NCBI GenBank assembly: GCA_031414955.1
Contig: JANOQV010000173.1
Span: 1-58,339 of the forward strand
DNA from: Pedosphaera sp.
GTDB taxonomy: Bacteria > Verrucomicrobiota > Verrucomicrobiia > Limisphaerales > SIBH01
Length of the DNA: 58,339 nucleotides
Direction of reading: 5' to 3'
The position numbers were made by a program, and so were the translations under genes. Below, piece by piece: positions 10,734 through 22,897 of this stretch. Position 1 is the stretch's first letter; every line of letters begins with the position of its first letter. The notes under the pieces are model-generated. The model did no database searches. It worked only from the letters and a program-made list of their open reading frames with translations, and was not told the origin of the DNA.

Positions 10734-11672
10734 ATGAATCCATCCGCGCGCGACGTTTCCCAGAAGGTCATCTCCAACATCGAACGGGTCATCCGCGGCC
10801 AGCGCGAGGCGCTCCGCAAGATTCTTGCCGCGCTCGCCACCGGCGGCCATGTGTTGCTGGAGGATTTCCCCGGCACCGGCAAGACGACCCTGGCGAAGGC
10901 CCTGGCTCGCTCCATCGACGCGAAGTTCAAGCGCCTCCAATTCACGCCTGACCTGCTGCCCTCGGACATTCTCGGGGTCAGCGTCTTCAATCCGCGCGAG
11001 CAGGAATTCCGTTTTCACGAAGGTCCGATCTTCACCAACATCCTGCTGGCCGACGAAATCAACCGCGCCTCGCCTCGCACGCAATCCGCGCTGCTCGAAG
11101 CGATGGGCGAAGTGCAGGTCAGCGTCGATGGCGAGCGGCGCGGGCTGCCGGAGCTGTTTTTCGTCATCGCCACCCAGAACCCGGTGGACTTTCGCGGCAC
11201 TTATCCGCTGCCCGAGGCCCAGATGGATCGCTTCGCCGTCCGCCTCACCCTCGGTTACGTGCCACCCGAGGAGGAAGTCGCCGTGCTTTCCGCGCAGGAA
11301 AAGGTTCACCCCATCGAGGCTCTCGCCCATGTCGTCACGCTCAAGGATGTGATGGAGTTGAAGCGCGCCGTGACCGACGTGCGCATCAGCGAGGAATTGA
11401 AGCGCTACATTGTGGACCTGTGCGCCGCCACTCGCTCCCGTCCCGGCGTGCAACTCGGGGCCAGCCCGCGCGCCTCGCTTGCGCTCATGAAAATGTCCCA
11501 GGCCCTCGCGCTCATGGATGGACTCGAATTTGTGACCCCCGAGCAAATCCAGGAACTGGCCGCACCCGTCCTCGCCCACCGCATGGTCATGGAACCGCAG
11601 GCGCGCTTCTCCGGTGTCACCGCCCGCAGCGTGGTCGAGCAAGTGGTAAAGCAAATCCCAGTGCCGGCCTGA
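10734..11672 (+). CDS. MoxR family AAA+ ATPase
   Basis: GHVLLEDFPGTGKT, RLQFTPDLLPSD, LLADEINRA, ATQNP, YPLPEAQMDRF. Confidence 0.95.
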   Translation: MNPSARDVSQKVISNIERVIRGQREALRKILAALATGGHVLLEDFPGTGKTTLAKALARSIDAKFKRLQFTPDLLPSDILGVSVFNPREQEFRFHEGPIFTNILLADEINRASPRTQSALLEAMGEVQVSVDGERRGLPELFFVIATQNPVDFRGTYPLPEAQMDRFAVRLTLGYVPPEEEVAVLSAQEKVHPIEALAHVVTLKDVMELKRAVTDVRISEELKRYIVDLCAATRSRPGVQLGASPRASLALMKMSQALALMDGLEFVTPEQIQELAAPVLAHRMVMEPQARFSGVTARSVVEQVVKQIPVPA

Positions 11673-11826
11673 GGAAATGTCCTGCCGCTCCAACGCGCCG
11701 CGGCCTGGAGGACTGGCTGCCAAGTGATGTGATCCGGAACGGCCTCATCATCCTAGTTCAATCTGCGGCCCTCACGGACGCCGGAGTTCAACCACCGCTG
11801 GGCTGGTGTTTCCAGAAAGTGGAACT

Positions 11827-12109
11827 TCAGAAGGTGGCCGCTTCGAGTTGTTCCAAGTAGATAAAGTCAGGGGACTTGACGCCCGCCTCGGCCCGGATTC
11901 GGATCAGTTGCGGCGACTCGAAAAACTCCCTGGCCGCGTCAAGGGATGTCCAAACGGAGAAATGCACAATCCGGTTGGAGTCGTTTTGATACTTGAGAAC
12001 CTGATAAGACCGTTCTCCGGCCTCACGCCGAAGGTCGCGATGCGCCGTCAAAAATCTTCTTCCACGCGGAGTAGTCCGCGACTTCGTGAATAATGAGGAC
12101 GTGTGGCAT
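11827..12109 (-). pseudogene. ABM (antibiotic biosynthesis monooxygenase-like) protein with a +1 frameshift near 12037
   Basis: MPHVLIIHEVADYSAWKKIFDGAS in one frame, DLRREAGERSYQVLKY...WTSLDAAREFFESP in another. Length is 3n+1. Confidence 0.75.
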
Positions 12110-12221
12110 CGATGGCTGGTCCGTTTGAGGTGTCGCATCCTTTAGAGGAGAAGGCTGGCGCGCGGTCAGGCTGGTCGGCGATCTTCGATGCGGCCTCGGT
12201 GGCCGGTGAAGCGTGGGATGG

Positions 12222-12743
12222 TTACTCTTTTTCTTCGTCCTGGCGCAGATTTTTCTCGAAGAACTCGGTGGCGTCCTTGAAGCGGCGTTCGTTGTCCGGG
12301 CCCATGTTCATCAAGGTTTTATGGGCTTCGAAGCAGGCGCGGTTCAACTCCAGGCGCGTGGTCTGGCCGTCGGCCACTCGTTGGAAGGCACCCATGGGTG
12401 GCGCAACAGTCAGTACAGTAAGGAGCGGGAGGACTCCGAGGTTGTCGAGCAGTTCGAGGATTCGCTCGGAGGGTTGGAAGAGTTCGATGGTGTTCCGGGA
12501 GCCGGCCTGGCGGGCGGTGTCGCATTTCATGGCCGCACTGGCCAACACCCCGAGGAAGGTGCTGTCCATCAGGGTGCAATCCTTAAGGTCGAGAATGATT
12601 TCCGCGCAGCCATCCGCCTGCAGTTGCAGGAGCAGGCGCTTGAAATCCACGCTCGAACTGAAGTTCGCCCGTCCTCCCACTCGCACACAGGCGACGTGAT
12701 CGCGCACGCATACGGATAGACTGGTTGGGGGTGCTCCATTCAT
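12222..12743 (-). CDS. STAS-domain protein (anti-sigma factor antagonist)
   Basis: VRVGGRANF, ILDLKDCTLMDSTFLGVL phospho-Ser motif, EAHKTLM tail. Confidence 0.9.
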   Translation of the reverse strand: MNGAPPTSLSVCVRDHVACVRVGGRANFSSSVDFKRLLLQLQADGCAEIILDLKDCTLMDSTFLGVLASAAMKCDTARQAGSRNTIELFQPSERILELLDNLGVLPLLTVLTVAPPMGAFQRVADGQTTRLELNRACFEAHKTLMNMGPDNERRFKDATEFFEKNLRQDEEKE

Positions 12744-12777
12744 GCCGAGGCAAATATCCGTTTCTGAAAGTGCCTCG

Positions 12778-13926
12778 TCAAGATGGCGGCGCGGCGGAGA
12801 CGGCCGGTGTTTTGGGCCGCACGATTTCCACCAGTGTCTGTTGCAGGACGAGTTTTTCATCGAGCGCGCTGGAGATGAGGCGCTGGTTGCATTGCAGCAG
12901 CAGTTCCATGGCGCGAACCAGCTCCGGCGTGGAATAGCGCCGGGCATGAGGCAGGGCTTTGAAGAGCATGAAGGGATTCAAGGCCAGCGGGTTGAAGCGC
13001 CGGTCCTCGGGAAGTTTCTCCGCCGGCACTCGTTCGAGCTGCGATTTGAAGCGGTTGTAGTCGCCGTCGGGCTGAATCCATTTCTCTCGAATCATTTCGC
13101 GCAGGAAGATCATGGCGCGCACTTTGCCGATAAGGCCGTAGAGCAGGCCAATTTCAGATTTTTCCTTGTCGAATTGCATCGACCACATCTCTTCCTCAAG
13201 GCACCGCAGGAGGCGCGGCAGGTCTCGGTCGCCCAGGGCATCACCCAAGGCAAAGGCCCGCGCCTGCTTGTTGCGCGTCACGATGGCTGCCACGTCCTCG
13301 ATGTTGATTGGGACGCGGCCCCCGACATATAGCGCGAGCTTCTCCACCTCGCTGGTGAGTTGGCGGAGATTGGGGCCGACATTGCTGACAAGTTCCGCGA
13401 GCGCCTCGTCACCGATGTTCTTTTTCAAGGCGCGCAATTGCTTCAGCGCGTGGTCTTCGGCTTTGGCCGCCCAGTCCCGATCCTCGAGTGACAGGGCGGC
13501 AAACATTTCAACCGCGCCAAGCTTCTCCAAGGTTTTGTAGAAGGTCTTGCGCTTGTCCACCTTGCCCGCACTGATGAGCAGTCGGACGTTGTCCCACTTG
13601 AAGATTTTCAACTCCGCCGCAAGCTCGGCGAGAGTTTCGGTGACGGCCTGAGATGCGGAGGTGCGGTCGTCGCCGAGGAAACTGCAGTTCTGGAGCCAGA
13701 CGGCCTTGCCGCCCCCGAAAAAGGGCAGGGTGTTCAGTCCCTCGCGCAATTTCGCCAGAGCCTTCAGAGCCTCGCCCCCGTTCGTGACTTGGGCATCGAT
13801 GATCTCGTGGTCCAGGCCGCCGAGTTCCTCGGACCATTTCTGGAACACTTGGCGGGCACGTTGCTTGACGTTGAAATCATCGTCGCCACAGACGAGCAGA
13901 ACGGAAGCGGGGGAGGCTGCCGGCAT
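12778..13926 (-). CDS. holA: DNA polymerase III delta subunit
   Basis: LLVCGDDDF, TLPFFGGGKAV, KVDKRKTFYK, LTSEVEKLALY, FALGDAL. Confidence 0.9.
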   Translation of the reverse strand: MPAASPASVLLVCGDDDFNVKQRARQVFQKWSEELGGLDHEIIDAQVTNGGEALKALAKLREGLNTLPFFGGGKAVWLQNCSFLGDDRTSASQAVTETLAELAAELKIFKWDNVRLLISAGKVDKRKTFYKTLEKLGAVEMFAALSLEDRDWAAKAEDHALKQLRALKKNIGDEALAELVSNVGPNLRQLTSEVEKLALYVGGRVPINIEDVAAIVTRNKQARAFALGDALGDRDLPRLLRCLEEEMWSMQFDKEKSEIGLLYGLIGKVRAMIFLREMIREKWIQPDGDYNRFKSQLERVPAEKLPEDRRFNPLALNPFMLFKALPHARRYSTPELVRAMELLLQCNQRLISSALDEKLVLQQTLVEIVRPKTPAVSAAPPS

Positions 13927-13931
13927 GGGGA

Positions 13932-14387
13932 TTACTCCTGTTCGCCGCCGCCCTGCTCGTTGATGCGCTCGAGCACTTCGCTCATGTCTTCCACTTGCGC
14001 GAAGAGTGGAGCGGTGACATAGAGCGGGCGCTTCTGGGCGCAGGCCAGGGCCAGGCAATCGCTGGGGCGGGCATCGATCTCGACCAGTTTTCGACCGAGT
14101 TCGTTCTGTTGCTGGAGGATCAGGCGGGCGTAATAGGTGGAATTCTTGAGGTCGGTGATGACCACGCGCTCGACCGTAATGTTGAACCCGAGAAACACGC
14201 TGTTCATCAAATCATGCGTCAGGGGACGTTCCTTGGGCTGTCCACGCAGGAAATTATTGATGACCAGGCCCATCGCGCTCTCCACCTGGATCACAAAGAC
14301 CTTTTCATCGTTGCCGACAAAAATGGCGCAGCCGGTGTTCGCGGGGAGTATCCCTTTGATTTCAACCAGTACGACGTCGTTTTTCAT
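13932..14387 (-). CDS. Bifunctional nuclease family protein (DUF151)
   Basis: RPLTHDL, IDARPSDCLALA. Confidence 0.92.
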   Translation of the reverse strand: MKNDVVLVEIKGILPANTGCAIFVGNDEKVFVIQVESAMGLVINNFLRGQPKERPLTHDLMNSVFLGFNITVERVVITDLKNSTYYARLILQQQNELGRKLVEIDARPSDCLALACAQKRPLYVTAPLFAQVEDMSEVLERINEQGGGEQE

Positions 14388-14564
14388 GGGGTGAGTCTAG
14401 GAGGCGTGGCTCAAAACACAAGCCGTGCGCGTCACCGTCGTGCCCTAAGCGAAATTGCGGTGCCGTGCCTGCGGGAAGATGGCTGCCAGACCCCGGCCGC
14501 TTCGAAGGCCGGCTTGGCGCAATCAAATTTGGAATTGCGGCCGGAGTTGTGTTCTGCTGTCGAC

Positions 14565-15149
14565 ATGGACAATTACCAATGGCCCAAACAATTTCGAGAG
14601 CTGTTCGATGACGCCCTCCAGGCGTTCGCGGACGGGAAGCGCGATCTCGGATCGCTGTTCGACGCGGAGCAAGGCCGCTTCCTCGATGAACTCGGCGCCA
14701 CGCCGCAGGAGATTTTTGATTTTGTGGAGGATACCTACCACGGGCAGGAACCCGGCTTTGAAACCACGTTGCTCGTCACCGCCGTGCGTCGTGACTACTT
14801 TTTGACTGTCCAGAAGGGGCAACGGAGTTCGCAGATCGTCAACATGGACAAGCTGCCTCCCAAGGCCGCGCAGTTGGCCGGAATCGAATGGCTGCCACGC
14901 ATCATTGCGAAAGCGAAGGCCAAGTTGAAAGGCGAGATGCCGCCCGACCTGATGTATCTCTGCGGTGGTGATTGCGCTTTTTTGCGCGAGCATGGCCTTC
15001 ACGCGGCTGATTTCCTCCGCGAAGTCTGGGCGGCGGACGAGGACACCGGTCGCATTCTCGATTTTGTCCGCCGCCACGCCGCCCACCGTCCCGCAAACCT
15101 TGCTGCGCCCGTCTGCCGGATACTACCTGGCGGCCGGGTGAAATGCTGA
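14565..15149 (+). CDS. DUF5069-like hypothetical protein
   Basis: [33 protein letters not shown] motif. Confidence 0.75.
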   Translation: MDNYQWPKQFRELFDDALQAFADGKRDLGSLFDAEQGRFLDELGATPQEIFDFVEDTYHGQEPGFETTLLVTAVRRDYFLTVQKGQRSSQIVNMDKLPPKAAQLAGIEWLPRIIAKAKAKLKGEMPPDLMYLCGGDCAFLREHGLHAADFLREVWAADEDTGRILDFVRRHAAHRPANLAAPVCRILPGGRVKC

Positions 15150-15300
15150 TGGTTGCCGCGACTCATGCCCTGGAGGGACGGGGCACGGGTCACTCGGGGC
15201 GTGGGTTGGCCGGAACCTCGCGGGAGCAAGTTTCGTTGTTCGTTCCCCAAATTGCGTCCAGCCCTTGACCGCCGCGCGGCGTTCAATCTATTCAACGACT

Positions 15301-17904
<2,604 letters not shown>

Positions 17905-17945
17905 TGGGCGAAAGCAGCAAGGGCAGCGCGACCTGGCTCGGGTTC

Positions 17946-19184
17946 TCAATCCCTGGCGTCCGGCTTCCCTTTGACGGCGGCACGGGCCTCGGCCTGGACG
18001 CGGCAGATCATCCGTCCCCAGAAATGCGCCAGTCGGGGCCCGAAGTAAGAGAGGAAGCACATCAGGACAAGAAACACATGCAGCCCGGTATTGACCCAGG
18101 ACTGGAAAAATTGCACGGCCTCGGAATCGGAAACGGTTTCTGTCCAGACCGCATGGCCGACGGCGAAGCCACCCATCCCGTAGTATCCCAAGGCGAGGCA
18201 GCCGATGGCCACCGGACCCACTGACAGCACCCCGTAGCTTCCAATCAGGCCCGCCGCCATGGCCCCGGTCGAGCAGACTCCGATCGACATGAATCCCACC
18301 GGGATGATGCCCACGCTGACGCTGCCCAGGGCGATTCCTCCCACCGCCACCGTCCCGATGGCGACGACCCCGCGCGCGTGATCCCCGATGGCAATGATGC
18401 CGCGAGCCACTTGGGGGCGGCCATTCACGCGCGGGAGGTCCAGCGCCACATGCATCAAGGGAATGCCAAAGAATGTCGTGGTTGTTCGGTATTCATATCC
18501 TGGCCGGTTTCCTGTGAGTGAGGTGCTCGGTGTTTCCGAGGCACGGTCAGGAGGACGGTTCTTTAACAGGCGGGTCACCGCATCGCCCAAGCGAGACAAT
18601 TGTCCCTCCAGTTTTGGGACCAGGAAATCATGACCAGGCACATGTGGCATTCCCGGTGGCGGCGGGAGTTTCGAGAGCGGGCTGCGTTTGGCGGGCTGAG
18701 TTTGGTGCTCCGGCTCTGGCGTGGCCGTTGCTTCGGACGGTCGCAGTTTTCGGCCGCGCTCGGCCGCGCTCAATTCGGCCCCGATGTTCAGGAGTCGCAC
18801 CACGGTCTCCCCCAGTCTCGCCAGATGGCTTTCCAACGGTGGGGTCATGGCATCCAGCCAGTGGGTGTTGCTCAGGCAGAACTCCATTGACCGCGTCGGA
18901 GTCACGTCCTCAATGCGGAATGGCAGGATGGTTTTCGCCTTGCTCACGGCGCGCTCCACTTCTCGCTTCACTTGCGGCGATTGATTGGCGTCGGCGGAAA
19001 AGACCACGATGAAGACGTGGCAGTCGGCGATGCCATCGACGATGGATTCGGCGTATTCCGTGCCGGGCAGAACGTCGCGCGGGGCAATCCAGCAGCGGAT
19101 GCGGCGGCTCTCCAGCGAGGCGCAAAGCGCGGTGGCCACCGTTCGATCCCGGGACGCATAGCTGATGAACACGTCGTGAGGCAC
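17946..19184 (-). CDS. TIR-domain protein with a C-terminal Gly-rich membrane domain
   Basis: HDVFISYASRD, CWIAPRDV, SPQVKREVERA, then YEYRTTTTFFGIPLMHVA and ARGIIAIG/GVVAIG repeats. Start at GTG 19184 or ATG 19226. Confidence 0.88.
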   Translation of the reverse strand: MPHDVFISYASRDRTVATALCASLESRRIRCWIAPRDVLPGTEYAESIVDGIADCHVFIVVFSADANQSPQVKREVERAVSKAKTILPFRIEDVTPTRSMEFCLSNTHWLDAMTPPLESHLARLGETVVRLLNIGAELSAAERGRKLRPSEATATPEPEHQTQPAKRSPLSKLPPPPGMPHVPGHDFLVPKLEGQLSRLGDAVTRLLKNRPPDRASETPSTSLTGNRPGYEYRTTTTFFGIPLMHVALDLPRVNGRPQVARGIIAIGDHARGVVAIGTVAVGGIALGSVSVGIIPVGFMSIGVCSTGAMAAGLIGSYGVLSVGPVAIGCLALGYYGMGGFAVGHAVWTETVSDSEAVQFFQSWVNTGLHVFLVLMCFLSYFGPRLAHFWGRMICRVQAEARAAVKGKPDARD

Positions 19185-19384
19185 GACCGGAGCATCGCTC
19201 CTTGGCGAGCGCAGCTTCAAGCCCATTTTGGACGTGTCCTCGTGGGCGAGTGGGCCAACGGAGGAAGTTGCTGAGGACTTTTACAAAACACGGCTGGATA
19301 ATCTTCCCTGCCCCCTTAGCCTTGGTTCCATCTGGGGTGAAATGGTTTGTCGGCAGTGCCCGGTGGCGGTGAAACGAACGAGTT

Positions 19385-20452
19385 ATGCAAAAGATATTTA
19401 TCGGATTCACGACCCTGCTCACGCTGGTGCTCGGTGTCTTGTGCGTGGTGCAGGCGAAACAGTTGCGGACGGCCCGAATGCAAATACGATTTGCAGAGGA
19501 GGCGCGCACCGCTGAGGCCGAAGCGGGGCAGGCGCAGTCCGACCGAGTTACGGAATTAGAGCGTGCCAACCGCTCGCTCGATCAGCAGGTGGACCGGTTC
19601 GCCACCGTCACCACGGAGTTACGCACGAATCAGTCCGCCCAGAACAAGAATCTGGAGGTCATGTCCGAGCGAATCCGGGCGGCGCAGGCCGACGGTTTGA
19701 ATGGTGAGGGCAAGCCGGATGACTTCGGCAAGGGCATGGGCGACATGCTGGGCAAGATGATGAAAGACCCGGCCATGCGTGAAATGGTCCGCGAACAGCA
19801 GAAAGCCGCCGTCAATATGATGTACGGCGGATTGTTTAAGGATCTCAATCTTTCGACGGAGGAAAAGGAAAAGCTGAGAAGCATCCTGGCCGACGCGCAG
19901 ATGAAGAATGTGGAGACGGCGCAAGCCCTTTTCGGCGGCGACAAGGATGCGCCCAAGGACCAGCCTCAGAAGCAAATGGCCGAGGCCAAGACGCAGACCG
20001 ATGCCGAGGTCAAGGCACTGCTCGGCCCGGAGAGATTTGCCCAATACCAGGATTACCAAAAGAACATCACCGAACGGATGCAGGTCGATCAGTTCAAGAA
20101 CCAACTCGCCGGGGACAGCCAGCCGCTCGGGGATCAGCAGGCCGCGCAGTTGATGGAGGCGATGAAGAACTTGAAAACCACCATGCCGCCACCGATCTCC
20201 AGCGACCAAACTCAGGTGCCCAATCCTGAGATGTTCAAAGAGGACGGCATCGACCGTCAGATTAAGTGGATGGACGACTACAATCGCGGTTTGGTGGAGT
20301 CAGCCCGGACCTTCCTCAGTTCAGAGCAACTCAAGCAGTATCAGACCTTCCTCGAACAGCAATCCTCCATGCAGAAACTTGGCTTGAAGATGGCCCGGCA
20401 GATGTTTGGCGGGGACAAGTCAGGAAGTCCCGTGCCGGCTCCGGCCAACTGA
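19385..20452 (+). CDS. Membrane-anchored coiled-coil hypothetical protein
   Basis: 355 aa, N-terminal TM helix, helical M/Q/K-rich body, host-like codon usage. Confidence 0.85.
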   Translation: MQKIFIGFTTLLTLVLGVLCVVQAKQLRTARMQIRFAEEARTAEAEAGQAQSDRVTELERANRSLDQQVDRFATVTTELRTNQSAQNKNLEVMSERIRAAQADGLNGEGKPDDFGKGMGDMLGKMMKDPAMREMVREQQKAAVNMMYGGLFKDLNLSTEEKEKLRSILADAQMKNVETAQALFGGDKDAPKDQPQKQMAEAKTQTDAEVKALLGPERFAQYQDYQKNITERMQVDQFKNQLAGDSQPLGDQQAAQLMEAMKNLKTTMPPPISSDQTQVPNPEMFKEDGIDRQIKWMDDYNRGLVESARTFLSSEQLKQYQTFLEQQSSMQKLGLKMARQMFGGDKSGSPVPAPAN

Positions 20453-20486
20453 GTCAGGAACCTCTGCGGCGCAATTGCCTAAAAGC

Positions 20487-20516
20487 CGAAAGGCTTCCGA
20501 CCTCGGAAGCCTTTCG
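20487..20516. terminator. Perfect inverted repeat between convergent genes
   Basis: CGAAAGGCTTCCGA-CC-TCGGAAGCCTTTCG. Confidence 0.7.
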
Positions 20517-20540
20517 CTCCAATCGAAGATGTGCTCCAAG

Positions 20541-21458
20541 TCAGGCTTCGCAGAACGGTTCCAGATGAACGCGCAAGGAGAGGATGGCCTGCGAATGAAT
20601 CTGACAGATGCGTGATTCGGTGAGGCCGAAGATTTCCGCGATCTCTCGCAATCGCATGTCTTCAAAATAGTAGAGGGCCAGCACCTGGCGCTGCATCTGG
20701 GGCAGTTCCTGCATGTGGTTGCTGAGAATCTCGGCCATTTCGTTGCGGGCCACTCCGTCGAGGGGGTTTTCCTGCTTCGCATCCGCGAAGGCTTCATATT
20801 GCGAGGGCGAGTTGTCGTTGTCGTCGCTCATGGCAGCGTCGAGACAGACGAAGGTGGCCGGTCGGATTTCTTCGAGCAGATGCTGATAGTCGTTCAAGGA
20901 AATGCCCAGGGCCCCGGCCACTTCCACATCGGTGGGGACGCGTTTCTTCTTTTGTTCCAACACTTTGATGGCGGCCTGGACTTTCTTGGCCTTGCTGTGA
21001 ATGGACCGCGGCACCCAGTCCATACGGCGCAGCTCGTCGAACACCGCGCCGCGGATGCGGACGCGAGCATAGGTTTCAAAAGTCGAACCGAGCTTCGGAT
21101 TGTAATGGCGGACGGCGTCAAGCAAACCGACGAGTCCGGCGCTGTAAAGGTCTTCGGCATCCACATGGGAGGGGAGCGACATCTGAAGGCGACCTACGAC
21201 GGTCTTGACCAGGGGGAGGTATTGTTCGACGAGTCCGGCTTCGGATTCGGCGCGGGTGGCTTTGCGGCGATACGATTTCCAGAGGGAAGTTTCCTTGATG
21301 GATCGGGCCGGCTTTTTTTCTTCGCGGGCTTGGACGTTTAGGATCATAGGAGCGTTTGAGTTAGTGTTTTTAGGTTTCAGCAGGGTGGATGCACTGGTTC
21401 CGGGTTGGACCCGGTTCCCAATCGGCAAAACAACTCGTTGTTCTGTTTGTGTTTCCAT
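20541..21458 (-). CDS. fliA: FliA/WhiG family RNA polymerase sigma factor (sigma28-like)
   Basis: DLYSAGLVGLLDA, FETYARVRIRGAVFDELRRMDWVPRS, LYYFEDM...LTESRICQIHSQA. The start may be ATG 21347. Confidence 0.93.
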   Translation of the reverse strand: METQTEQRVVLPIGNRVQPGTSASTLLKPKNTNSNAPMILNVQAREEKKPARSIKETSLWKSYRRKATRAESEAGLVEQYLPLVKTVVGRLQMSLPSHVDAEDLYSAGLVGLLDAVRHYNPKLGSTFETYARVRIRGAVFDELRRMDWVPRSIHSKAKKVQAAIKVLEQKKKRVPTDVEVAGALGISLNDYQHLLEEIRPATFVCLDAAMSDDNDNSPSQYEAFADAKQENPLDGVARNEMAEILSNHMQELPQMQRQVLALYYFEDMRLREIAEIFGLTESRICQIHSQAILSLRVHLEPFCEA

Positions 21459-21475
21459 TCTTGCTGACCGCTCAT

Positions 21476-21492
21476 AGCAACGGCTTTGCCAA
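21476..21492 (-). promoter_or_regulatory. Sigma54 (-24/-12) promoter of fliA
   Basis: Minus strand TTGGCAAAGCCGTTGCT has exact GG-N10-GC spacing and is close to YTGGCACGNNNNTTGCW. Confidence 0.75.
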
Positions 21493-21895
21493 CCTTGAAA
21501 ACCTCCAGGCCGCAGGCGGGAAAACAGGGCAAATCAGCTTGTTTTTCGCATGTAGGAATTCAAGTAGCGGCTTGTCAGTGCCGATGGAGAAAGAACTTTT
21601 GAGTAGAGAGTGTCCTGCGGGAGTGTCCAGTTTCCAGCTCCGGTGCCCCGGACTGGGACACCAACGACGACGCCCAGCCTGTAGCCTTCGCTGCGTCGGA
21701 TTCTCGAGTGATCGCTTCCTCCTGCGATTGCTTTATGCCTAACCGAAGTTGGCGTCGGATGTCGGAAGAACATCTGGGAAAGAGCGCCTTACCCGTTGCT
21801 TCGAGTGCCGGATGTCTGCTCCGGAAACGCCCATGCGACGTGTTTTTCCACTTCAAGATTGAGCCTTGCGTGTGCGCGCCTGAGGATGCGCGGAG

Positions 21896-22870
21896 ATGAG
21901 TGTCCTGCAACCTAAGTCCCGTCCACCCCTGGAGCGCATGATGCGTATCCATCAGGAGATCGCTGCGGGTCGATTTCCCAACAAGCCCGCGCTCGCGCAG
22001 TTACTCGATGTCTCCACGAAATCCATCCAGCGCGATCTTGAATTCATGAGGGATCGTCTGCAATTGCCCCTGGCCTACGATTTCTTTCGCTGTGGTTATC
22101 ACTACACGGAGCCGGTCAGTTCGTTTCCCACTTTCCAGATCACCGAAGGCGAACTGGTGGCGCTGCTGATCGCGGAAAAGGCGCTCGAACAGTATCGCGG
22201 CACCAACTTCGAGAAGCCGCTGGTCAGCGCGCTCAAGAAAATGGCGTCGCAGTTGCCCGAGACGGTTTCTTTCAACATGGCCGAGTGGGATCAGACAATT
22301 TCGTTTCGCACCAGTGCCGAACCGATCTTGAACTTGGAAATTTTCGACGCTCTGGCCAAGGCCACGGCAGGCCGCCACCAGTTACGCTTCGACTATCGCA
22401 AGCCCGGCCAGGCCGGAGCCGAGGCCCGCCTGGTGGATCCGTATCATCTGGCGAACATCAATGGTGAATGGTTCCTCTTCGCGTTCGACCACGCGCGCCA
22501 GGACATTCGCACGTTTGTGCCGGCGCGCATGGGGCGTGTCACGCCGACGGGAAAAACTTTTCCCCGCCCGGCGCGCTTTTCCTTGGAGAAGCGGTTGCAT
22601 CACAGTTTCGGCGTCGTGAGCGGGGCAGGGGAGTTCGAGGTCGTGCTGCGCTTCGATGCCTTCGCGGCGGGTTATATCCGCGAGAAACGCTGGCATGCCT
22701 CGCAGCGATTGCGCGACCTCAAGGAAGGCGGCGCGGAGTTGCGGATGAAGTTGTCGAGTCTCGAAGAAGTGCGGCGCTGGGTGCTGAGTTGGGGCGGTCA
22801 CGCCAAGGTATTGTCGCCGCCGGAACTGGCCGCCGCCGTGCGCGAATCCGCGCAAAAGTTGCTCCAGTAA
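21896..22870 (+). CDS. WYL-domain transcriptional regulator (wHTH-WYL-WCX)
   Basis: LAQLLDVSTKSIQRDLEFMR HTH, RLVDPYHL...WFL...DIRTF WYL domain, WHASQ...WVLSWG...PPEL WCX domain. Confidence 0.93.
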   Translation: MSVLQPKSRPPLERMMRIHQEIAAGRFPNKPALAQLLDVSTKSIQRDLEFMRDRLQLPLAYDFFRCGYHYTEPVSSFPTFQITEGELVALLIAEKALEQYRGTNFEKPLVSALKKMASQLPETVSFNMAEWDQTISFRTSAEPILNLEIFDALAKATAGRHQLRFDYRKPGQAGAEARLVDPYHLANINGEWFLFAFDHARQDIRTFVPARMGRVTPTGKTFPRPARFSLEKRLHHSFGVVSGAGEFEVVLRFDAFAAGYIREKRWHASQRLRDLKEGGAELRMKLSSLEEVRRWVLSWGGHAKVLSPPELAAAVRESAQKLLQ

Positions 22871-22897
22871 GCGGGGTGATAACCAAGGCCCAAAGGG

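Noticed and set aside
15264..15287. Heat-shock operator (CIRCE/HAIR) upstream of clpB
   Set aside because: The imperfect palindrome TTGACCGCC-GCGC-GGCGTTCAA matches neither the CIRCE sequence nor HAIR spacing. It may just overlap a -35 box.
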